From assembly GCA_012295275.1 (NCBI GenBank), contig CM022679.1, positions 2,542,001-2,606,000 on the forward strand: DNA of 64,000 nt. Reading direction: 5' to 3'. This document shows, piece by piece, positions 28,456 to 40,700 of this stretch. Positions within the stretch are counted from its first letter, which is position 1, and each line of letters starts with the position of its first letter. The DNA comes from Chrysomallon squamiferum. Lineage: Eukaryota > Animalia > Mollusca. Made by a program: the position numbers and the translations under genes. The notes beneath the pieces were generated by a model that had not been told where the DNA came from, did no database searches, and worked only from the letters and a program-made list of their open reading frames with translations.

Positions 28456-29686
28456 CTTTACATATATATGTGTGTGTATGTATGTGTGTATGTTTGCCTG
28501 TAAGTATATATATGTGTGTTAGTTTATTTGTTTGTACATATGAATGTTAGTATATAAAATCATTCTTGTAAGAAAACTAACAAATGTACAGAACTGCTAT
28601 GAGAAATTTTTATTGTAATTATTAACAAGTCTCAAATAACTTAATTGAATCTATTAACAGTTAATTAATTATGTAGTTTGCAGTCTACTTACATTGTCAT
28701 TCACAGCATGTAATGAAAACCAAACTAATTTAAGTTAATTAAATCTATTAGCAGTGATTACATCTTTTATAGTGTGTTCCTGTGCATACACATTAAATAT
28801 ATTTCATAATTATCACACTTCTAAGTAATTGTTTTAACTGTTTTTGTATACCAACCTTTAACTGTAATAAAGTTTGCCAATAACAAGCACAAGGAAATTC
28901 ATTCAGATGTCATTTTTTAGTTATATATTTATTATTATTATCATCATCATCATCATCATCATCACCATTTTCATTCCAGTCGTTGGATGGCATACAGCCA
29001 GAAACACACAGAACATCAGCTGAACTATGACATTCTGCTCTCACTTCTGGATAATCTCAACAAAACCTGGAATAGTGCATCACTGTCCAGAGAAGAGGTA
29101 AAAACAACTTCAGTTTAACATCCTTTAATACCTGTAGAGTCACAATTTTGACTTCCCCTGTTTCTATAGTGATGACCTTTTTAGAGATGGCAATAGACTG
29201 AGACATTATTTTTTTAATTATTATTATAGAACACTTATACAGAATATAATTTTATATATAAAACATGCTCAAAGTGCAGAATTTATTATTAACTGACTGA
29301 GATATATGAGAACATGTGATTGTATTAAGATTTCAACAGATCTGTTTGACGTCTGCTTCTGCTGTAACTCAGTACAGTGTGTGTACTTAATCTCAGTAAT
29401 GAAGAGATTAAACACAATTTTGTTTTGAGTTTTGTGTTGTTTGCTGTATTAAATGGTTGTTTGTTAATGTTTCAGAGATTAAACATGAATATATTTTGAG
29501 TTTTGTGTTACTGCTGTTAATGTAAATGGTTGTTTTGTTTTGTTTCAGGAGGAATGCCTGGCTGAATCATTTCTTTCTTTCATTGAGTACTGCATGAACC
29601 TGATTCGTCGTCAACGAGAAATGTTTCCTCCATCAAACCGCAAATCTATCAAGTGGTTAGAGGGAATGTTGAGGTAAAGACATGAA

Positions 29687-29725
<39 letters not shown>

Positions 29726-29925
29726 AGGCTCTTTTCTAACAACACTGTGAAATAGTTTTATATCAGTGGTTAATGATTCACAATGACAAGCTGAAAAGAA
29801 AACTTGTGGCTACCATTTATTAATTATCTTTACTGATTAGCAAATTCTTATTAACAGAAAAGTACATAGATTAATAAAACAGCTTACATTCATTAAATTA
29901 GATGATACTTCAAAAAAAAAAAAAA

Positions 29926-30012
<87 letters not shown>

Positions 30013-31750
30013 GTCTGAAAGTAATATATATTTAAGAGATTTCACTGTTGATAAAACACATTATGTAAGATGAGTTTTCTGATTTAGATGTCTAGCTAAG
30101 ATTTACGACATGAAAGCTTTCAAGAAATGTTGTCCATTTGAGAAAGAGCTTCATCTGGAAATAACAGCAGTTATCAAGGTAAACTGACATTGAAAATAAA
30201 ACACCACAGATACACAATACTACAGAAACAAAAAAACAATTTAGTTGGGTTTTTTTAAATTGTTAATGATATCCAGTTTAATTAATAATGAAGTATAATA
30301 ACAAAAGAGTACAGTTTAACAACAGTAAAGTCTTATTTCAATGTTTCAGCCTGTTTATTTGAGTTGTTAGAAAGTCTAAAATTATTCATAATATGCCATC
30401 ATTTTTTTGAAGTAATTTGGATTCTAAGCTTGTCAGGATTCTTTCTAATGGTTCCAAAGAAAAAATTCTCAGAAACATGAATTTTTAAAACAGTAAAGTC
30501 TGAGACTAATATTGTTTATGTAATCATATATAGATACATACATTTCTGCATATCTCTATATATGTACATAGATGCACATACACACACATACATACATACT
30601 TAGATATATACATATATACATATAAATATATATCAATACATACATATATATCTACATACATCTGTACATACATACATGCATATTTATACATGTACATTTA
30701 CTCAGCAATGTGTCTGTGTATCTGTGTGTGTGTGTGGGTGTGTGTGTATGGGTGTGTGTGTGTGGGTATGTGATTATCAAATTATCTTACGTACAGGCAT
30801 ACAAAACAATTAAAATATATTAATGTTGGAAACACACAGATGACTGAATTGTGAAAAGTCAGATATTGTTGGTATATTGACTTTGATACAGTGAACACAA
30901 ATGTTGATGATTTCAGAAAGGAACACAGGAATGGTATGACAGAATCCATTCTGCTTGCTGCTCACACTCAAAGGTATTGAAACAATTTAAATCATTATTT
31001 TTAATATTTCATAGATAACATTATTATTTTACATGTCAGTGCTGTTATATTGTAATTAAATAAAATATAAAACATAAATATTTTTGTCACATGAATATAT
31101 TTATCTTATTTTAAAAGATATTTTTGAACAAGAATAAAGTAAATATCTACTCAAAAATATTTTAATTCTGCTTATAATCTTTATTGCTAATTTATCCAGG
31201 TGATGTAGATTTAGTTTTGAAATTTTATTTGTTTATTTATTTATTTATTTATTTCATTTTATTTTACTTTAATTTATTTATTTCTTTAACTATTTATTTA
31301 TTTATTTTATTTAGTTTAGCTTAGTTTATTTTACTTTTATTTATTTATTTATTTATTTATCCTTTATTTACTAATTTATTTATTTATTTACTTATCCTTT
31401 ATTCACTAATTTATTTATTTATCTCTTTTTTATTTATTCATTTATTTATTTATTTATTTGTTTGTTTATTTATTTAGCAGGATGATGAGAATTTAAGCAT
31501 GTTGATAAAACTGACCAATCATCTCAATGCAGACATGTCACATGCTCTCAAGTTCTATCAGGAACTTTTCCTCAAGTACGTATTCTAACACTGTGAATGT
31601 AATTTTAAAATATTTCTGTCCACAACTTCAGTTGAATGTTTTCCTTATGAGTGACAGGTTGTGTGGTCTGCACTTCACCATGTGACACTTCAACAATTTG
31701 TTGATCCAGCTATATTCCATGAATTTAAGTTCTGTGTCTTGCTTTATTTA

Positions 31751-31794
<44 letters not shown>

Positions 31795-34700
31795 ATATAT
31801 ATAAATTTTAAATATATGTTTATGTATTAGAGTATAATTATGTGACATATATATATATATTCTACGAAGAATGTAAATAAAACACTTATTTTATTATAAT
31901 ATAAAGCTGTTTTTATTTTGTTTTATTTTTGTTATTATTTTTTTCGAAACAGAATTGTTGAAGTGGACTATTTTAGTTTGGTGTACAAACAGCTAGAGAA
32001 ATTGGTGAGATTTTAAAACTTCTGAATTTCGTGGTTTTTGTCCTAATACAAATATTTTTGCACGATTTACATATTTAATAAATTTTGCTTTTATTTCATT
32101 TTCATGTCCAGTGGTTTTCTTAATGTATAATATTCAGATATAATGTATATATTATATTTTTGATAAGTGTTAACACTGATTTTAAGAATTATTGTTAGTA
32201 AATACAATACATAATGCTTATAATGAAAATTTAAAAATTTTAAATATTCTGTTTATCACTATAAACAATTTTGACTAATAATTATCAAAGCTCAGATAAA
32301 AACAGTTTTATCTTGTTTGATCAAGACTACACAGCAACTTCAATTACTTTATTATTTTTATTTTTGTTCAAAACAGATTTGTATTAGGTTTTAATACTAA
32401 ATTATCAATCAGAATAGTGTTAATATATTTTAAAAATAAAATATAATCTTCTTTAAATTTTCCTACACGTATATTATCACTATCACTATAATTTCAGCCA
32501 TTTTGTTTGTTGTTTTAAGACATGCATATCAGTGTGCCTACATATTTCACCTCACCATTTTCAGAAATATTAATGAAAAAATTTAAAAGCCAAAACAAAA
32601 TTAAAAAACCATTGATCCATTTTACCATGTATATAGCCATTAACATTTTATCAATATATAATTATATTATCAATTTAGAATCTGTTACCTCCACATCATG
32701 AAATGTCAGCTAACTAAAATAAAATATTTTAAAAAGCAACAATAAAAGGATACATCTATTTCTCAAAATATTATGTCTAATAATACAAATACTACTGATA
32801 CTAAATTACAAAGAATTTTTAAATCATTTGTTTTTGTTTCTCTGTGTTATACAAGTATTAAAATAACAGTCATTTTTTTTTTTAAATCATAATTTTTTTT
32901 CGCAAAACTGATCTATTCTTTTCCTGAAATAATTTGTATTTTTTTACCAACATATTACATAATCATTGCAGTATTAGCCATGTTTTGCATTTTGTTTTTT
33001 GAAATTATATATTTTTTTTTTGTTGACATTACATAATCCCCAATGTATTCCTAAAATATTTTGTGTCTATTTTCCACCACTGTACATAATCATTACTATT
33101 TCGACCATTTTTATTTGTTTTATTATTATTAATATTAAAATTGTTATTATTTTTTAAATCATAAATATTTTCTGACATTACATAATCACTGCAGTATTAG
33201 CCAATTTTTGTTTTTGTTTTTAAATTATTAAATTTTATGTTTTCTGACATTATGTAATCCATTCTATTAGTAAAATCTTTCCCCCAAAAAATCATTTACA
33301 TGGACCAAATTTTTTTTGGTTAAATTTATTTTTTAAATCATTAAATTAATGTTTTCAGAGATCACATAAACCATTCTTTTATGTAAAATCATTAACATCC
33401 ATTTCCCCTATATAATCAATGCTGTATGAGCCATTTTGGTTTTCTATTTTTTTGGAAATGATGTATTGTGCAAATACTGCTTTGAATGATAAACCTGTGA
33501 TGGCTAATCCCTTACTATTGTATGACATGCAGCATGTACCACGTCGCTGTTGTAATTATCTGTGTTGTTGTTTCTCTCCAGCTGTCTGCTGATGCTAAGA
33601 AAGCCTTGGATGAGGAGGTTGGTGTTGTTATTAATCCTCTGCTTGGTCACATTTATTCATTTCTCTTTGTCTCTCTTCCCTCTGTGTCAGTTACAAATCA
33701 CGAGAACAAAGAATAACATTCTTAGAGTTATATGATAGGTAATGAAACAAAATTTTATAATTTTGCTTCATCATTTTTGTAATTTGAAATATAAATTAAT
33801 TTTTGTTTTGGTAACAGAATTATATATAAATAGTTGACATCAAATATAAAATATATATACCAAAAAGAAAAAAAAGAAAAAGATAAAAAAAAAACATCTA
33901 GAAGAAAAACCCAGAGAATTTTAAATAAATAAATAATAATAAAAACAACAACAATAATAAATAAATAAATAATTACAAAATCCCTAATTTATTTTAATAA
34001 TTTGCTCATAATCCCTCTAACAAAAACATGAAAACATTTGTGAAAATATCCCTAAATGACAATAGAAATAATCTCTTACAGAAATTCTTTACTGATTAAT
34101 TTAGTAAACTGTGTGAGATTCAGTGTGATGTTCTGATAAGTGAACATATTTAAGTATATATTAAATACACATCATGAAACAAAATAACTGCTCTAAATAA
34201 TTTACTAAGCAGCATGAAATATTTAAAATAATTAAGTATACACATACATGTATACACATATTACACACCACAAACACACATTATATATATATTTTATATA
34301 TACATCTCTTTTTCTGTTTCTAATTGAAATTTACTTCTGTTGTTGCTAACAAATTATCTAAATGTATGTTTCCATGTGATTGTTTTATCAGTTACTAAAC
34401 CTTTAATAATAATAAAGTGACAGTGTTACAACAAACTAGTCAGGATGCATGGAAACTGGTAATTTCATGTTTGTTAATGTCACTTCACACACAGAATGTT
34501 AAAAAATTCCTGATAGACTGAGGAAACTGCACTTCTGTAATCATATTGTAGATAAAAAAAAAAAAAAATTGAATTTGGAATAGATTTTCAAACACCAATA
34601 TGATATTAATTTTAAAAACATCATATATGCATGCAGATGAATGCACACACAAACATATATGCACATACATAATCACATAGACACAAATCTATACACACAC

Positions 34701-37679
34701 ACACACACACACAGATTGTTCACATTTTACTCTATCTGTAAATGTTTAATAACGAAAAAACAAAATGGCCTCATGTCCACACAAACATTTGTTTTATTTC
34801 ATTTTTATTTTTATTTTGTTTTGTTCAGATTGGTGATGAGATGAAGGATGACATCGGCAACATCCTCAGAATGACAGACTGTGACCATGAAGAGAACTCA
34901 GCAGCAGCTACAATGGGGACAGCGTTGTTTGAGTTGTACCTGGCTCTGCAAGAATTTTCTAGATATGGAGACCGGCTGCCTCCTGAGTGAGTGAACAAAA
35001 ATTTTATTTTTAATTTTTTAAACTACTGTTGTTTTTTTAAATATTTCACAGAAACCCTAATTCATTTGTAAATATTTAAATATCTCACACAAACCATATT
35101 TCAGTTATTAATATTTAAATAGTTCAGTTATTAATATTTAAATACTTCACAACATTATATTTTAGTTTTAATATTCTTAATATTATTTCACACAAATTAT
35201 ATTTCTGTTTTAAAAATATAAATATTTCACCCAAACTATATTTCAGTTATTAAAATTTAAATATTTTGCAAGTCAAATTTTAGTTTAATATTTAAATATT
35301 TCACAAGTCATATTTTAGTTTCAATATTTAAATATTTCACATCCCCATATTTTATAATTTATATTTAAATATGTCACAAAACTTTATTTTAGTTAATATT
35401 TAAATATTTCATAAAACCATCTTTTAGTTGTTAATGTTTTGTTTACAAAAGTGTTTGAAATTATTTTGTTTGTTTCCAGTGACCAGATGAACCTGACTGT
35501 TACAAAGTCGTATGAGTGGTTTGGGTTTGCGATCAGCAGGTGGATTAACATCGCCAGGCGGAAAGCTGAACGTCGAATCAGAAAAGCAGTTGAACTAGAT
35601 CGAGTAAGCAAAACACTGTTCATGAGTAGGCATGCATATTTTTACAAAGGTGGAAGAGTTACACAGATTATAGTTTTTTTTGGTATTTGTTGTCTAAAAG
35701 AAAAGAAATTCTCTGTTAATATTCAGACATGGTCATGGAATAAAAGTATTAAAAAGCATTGTCATCTATGAAATATGTTTGTGAATGGGTGTCTGTGTGT
35801 ATAGATAAGTAGTTTAATCATATACTAACATACATTTTGTAAAATTAAACATTCATAGATATATTTGCTCTTTTATACTGAATAATTTTAATTCTTTAAT
35901 TATTGTTAAGAAAAAAAAACATTGTTGCTATTTTTTTTCCACTAGATATAAAAGTATTTGTAATTACATAAAATTTTGCAGTAAAAAGCTAAATAAAATT
36001 AGCATTATTAATATATAAAATTTATATTCAGTCGTAATTTAAATTATCATGTAAAAAATAAAACAAAACTGAAAAATATATTTTATAACTAAATGAAATG
36101 TTTGTTTCCAGGTTGTTCAGGTTGATGACATGGTCAGATACAGTTCATCAGCTGTTGATGCCTGCTTTATTTTTGTACAGGTAATTTTTGTTAAAACTCT
36201 AGTTAATCTGCTTTATTTTTGTACAGGTAATTTTTGTTAAAAATGTAGTTAATCTATTTATTTTTGTACAGGTCATTTTTGTTAAAAACTCTAGTTAGCC
36301 TGAACAAATTGTATTTACTAGACAACACCAGCAATTTTGCAAGATGTATTGTTAGGCTGATAGAATCCAGTTTGTTTGCAGAATAATTTTAACTTTTATG
36401 TTTGTTAATGCAAGAATGCCAAAAAATATTAAAATACAGGTATTTATTCTCTGTTTGTCAGGTGATAGTTAATATTTTAAATATGTTAAAATACAGATAT
36501 ATATTCTGTGTTTTTCAGATGACAGAGTTTTGGAAACAGCTCAATTGGCCTGACAAAGCAGGATCCTATCCATTTGTTCTCAGACTGGTCCAGGTATGAC
36601 AGTGTAACAACCTGATATCTCAGTCCAGAAATAATAATATAACAATCTGATATCTCAGTACACATATACCAATGTAACAACCTGATATAACAATATAACA
36701 ATCTGATATCTTAGTCCACATATACCAATGTAACAACCTGATATAACAATATAACAATCTGATATCTTAGTCCAGGTATAACAATAAAACAGACAGAAGC
36801 TCAGTCCAGAAAAAACAACATAACAATCTCAGTCCAGGTATAACAGTAATCAAATATCTTAATCCAGATACAACAATAGGGTGATATGTTAGGTAAAAAC
36901 AATAATCTAATAAACTTACACTTAGAAAAAATAACTGACTTGCTTTAACACATAATAATTTAGAAATTTCAATACAGCTGGATTTAAGGATACACAAGCC
37001 CCACCCCACATTTGATTGTTGACACATTTGTTTTTGATTATCAGTCAATGTAAAGTTTGTTTTAGACTTTCAGTAAATGTTAATTTTGTTTTAGACTTTC
37101 AGTAAATGTAAATGTTTGTTTTAGACTATCAGTAAATGTAAAGTTTGTTTTAGACTATCAGTAAATGTAAAGTTTGTCTTACAGGATATCTGTATGGCTG
37201 CCAAACTCTACGCCAGTCTTGTTCATGACAAACTCATTGCTGCAGGTTACTATGACGATGAGGGACAGTTTGATGTAACAGAACAGGTGTGTAAAAGACA
37301 GCATGCAGTATAATTTTTTACCGAGTTTTAAATAATAGTTTTAAGTCTTGTAAATCATAAGAAAAAATGGAAGTTATAGTTAACTAATGTTGTTATCATT
37401 TATTATTAATATGACTACTTTTATTATTATTATTATTATTAGAATTATTAATACTACTATTATTATTATTACTCTTATTATTATTACTAATTTAATTAGT
37501 CTCATTGTTGTTAATGTTACTACTACTACTAGTACTACTGTTATTATTATCATTATTATTAATGTTACAGTTACTGTCATTATAACTGTTGTTTTGTTGT
37601 TAATATTATTATTATTATTATTACTATTATCACCATCATCATTATTATCATTATTAATACTATACCTTCAACAGGTACA

Positions 37680-37724
<45 letters not shown>

Positions 37725-37755
37725 GCTGCTACTACTACTACTACTACTACTACTC

Positions 37756-37789
<34 letters not shown>

Positions 37790-40700
37790 CACAATTATAA
37801 CAATTATTACTGTAGTTATTGTAGTGTTGTTGTTGTTGTTATTACAGCTGTGTATGACAGTAAACAATATTGAACATGTGAGGAAGGCGCTGCTGCCTCT
37901 TCCCTGCAAGCTGGAGTTCCATGTCATACAGCAGGCATACGAGAAGATCAATGGACAGACAGACGGCGTAAATTTGACAGACACAATCAATGAAGCCAAT
38001 GATTTCATTGTCGACAAGCTGAACCAGATTGTACACAGAGTGGCTAGCAAGGTATGGGAACCACTGAGAAGTTATTTGTAAAATCTGACAGCTAGTTATT
38101 TAGTAAAATCTGATAGCTAGTAATGTTTTGGTGTACCACTGATTTCTTTTTTTCCATAATTTAGTTGACCTCAAAGTAATTAGTAAGAACCATTTGCTAG
38201 CAGTTTTGTAAAATCTAGTTTCTTTACTATTACCCTTATTATTCTTTACTATTACTCTTATTATTCTTTACTATTATTATTATTATTATTATTTATTATT
38301 ATCATCATAATCGTCACCATCATCATTATTTTTATTATTATCATCATCATTATTATTATTATTCAGATGCGTCCTGTTATTAAAAAAGATGTATTTCACT
38401 TAAACTGGGCTCCAGAGAGTTTACCTGCTGTTGATGTAAGTAAACTGTTGATTAAGTAAACTATTGATGTTAATAAACTGTTGATGTAAGTAAACTGTTG
38501 ATGTTAATAAACTGTTGATGTAAGTAAACTGTTGATTAAGTAAACTATTGATGTAAGTAAACTGTTGATGTAAATAAACTGTTGATGTAAGTAAACTGTT
38601 GATGTAAGTAAACTGAATCAGAACAGTGACTGTGTACTGACATGATTATACTTAATTTGTTGTTTTGTGTTTATCATTATCACTACTAAATTTTAATCAC
38701 ATTTTAATTATTATCTGATTTTTTTTTTTTTTTTTTTATATTTATTTACTAAAAAATGATTTTAAAAAACAACAACAAAAGAACCAATAGATTATAATTA
38801 AAGTTGAAGCAAAGGTTTTAACCCAGGTCTATTTTTTATGTGTTTGCAGTGTTCTCACTAAATAGTCACTGTAACTGATACCACACGCATTCAAATGTTG
38901 CCAAACATTCTAATTTGAAAAATACAATTTTTTGTCCTCTGTGCACTTCTTCTAAATGCAGGAAAGTTTCAATTGGTGGTTTTGAAAAATTAGAGAGAAT
39001 GTTAGTTTCAGTGTATTATTGTGCACTTTTTTACTAAAACACAAAAAAAAATATTTTTCTTCTGTGTTTTTGAAAAATTACAGAGAATTTTAGTTTCAGT
39101 GTGTTATTGTGTATGTTACATATTTTATTAAAACACTAAAAAGTATGTTATGTGTTTTATTAAAACACTAAAAAGTATGTTATGTGTTTTATTAAAACAC
39201 TAAAAAGTATGTTACATGTTGTATTCTTCAGGCTCTGGATGATCTGCTGGCCTACCTGGACAACAACTTGCTGACTCTCAACAAAAACCTGCTCAAGACA
39301 AACTTTGAACGGATTCTTCTATCAATCTGGATCCAAGTACTTGATGAGTTTCAGGCTGTCATCCTCAACGAGGAAATGGTCAGTTAAACTCAAATCTTAT
39401 TACAACTCTCACTGGTTTTAGAATCTTCTTTTTCTTTCTCTTAATTGTTAACTTGTGATGTGTTCTGTATATCCATCCATTCATCCATCCATACAGCTAG
39501 ATATGCATCCATACATCTATCCAGGAATCCATGTAACTCCTCTCTCTCTCTCTCTCTCTTTCTCTCTCATTTATTTTGCCATTCACTTTCTGTCCAGGTT
39601 CCAGTTTAAGAATTGTGTTTTTCTACAGTCTCATGTTACAAATGTAGTGTATACATACTAAATAACTGTACTACATACATACAACAAGTAACTGTGTATT
39701 TTTCACCTGTACAGAGACCATCAGTTATCTATCAACGAATGTTTGATGCTTTGGGTCTTCTTGTTGATTTCTTTCATGCTAGTGGCAAAGGTTTGGCTAT
39801 GGATGACATCTTAATACCACAATATCAGGTAAAGATTTCAATAATTCATCTTGTTTTTTTTATTCCAACATTAACTTTTTTAATAAAAAACAACAACAAA
39901 AAACAACATGAAAAAATAAATTTAGTAATGTTTTAAACATTGTGTGGAATATAATTTTGAAGAAAATATATAATAACATAATATTACTCAAAAAATAACA
40001 AAATAATGTTAAAATATTTTTAAGAAAATTGCCTGTATTTTATTTTTTTTAAAGTCTGAAGTAAATTTTTTTACTGAACAGGATCTGAGAGAACAGCTCA
40101 TGTTTCATGTGATGGACACTTACTCAATCATAGAAAAGTTTTATACTCAACTCATAGATATACAGGTAAATGTCTTTCATTATAAAAATCTACTTAAAAT
40201 GTGTCTATTTTATCAAGTAACTAAAATACTTCACAGAGAAACAGTTTTTTATTTTATATTTAAAAAATATGCTTAAAATGTGACTTTGCTACCATACAAA
40301 CTGTTATAATGTAGTTGTTTTTTTAAATTAAATATTTAAAAATATACTTAAAATATGACTTTATCATGTTACTTAAGTACTTCTTAGAGAAACAGATATC
40401 TATTGTTTTTATAAAATATTTTTAAAATTATCATAAAAAAAAAGGTGTATAACTTTTTTGTTTTTATAAAATATGTAAAATATTATCATAAAAGAAAAAT
40501 AGGTTAAACATTTTACATTTATGTTTTTATTTAAATAATCTTTAAAAATACACTTTTTGGTTTGTGTGTTTATTACTAAAAAGTGTGTTTATTACTATTA
40601 TTATTATTATTTGAGTATTACTTTAATGTATTTGTTTCAGAAAAAACAGGACATGTGTAATTATGGAATTTTACGACTGAGGGCGATGTATCGCTACGAT

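Noticed and set aside
37380-38050. Long hydrophobic poly-L/I/V ORFs resembling membrane proteins
   Set aside because: Trinucleotide low-complexity intron sequence; only 37848-38051 (+) is a real exon.
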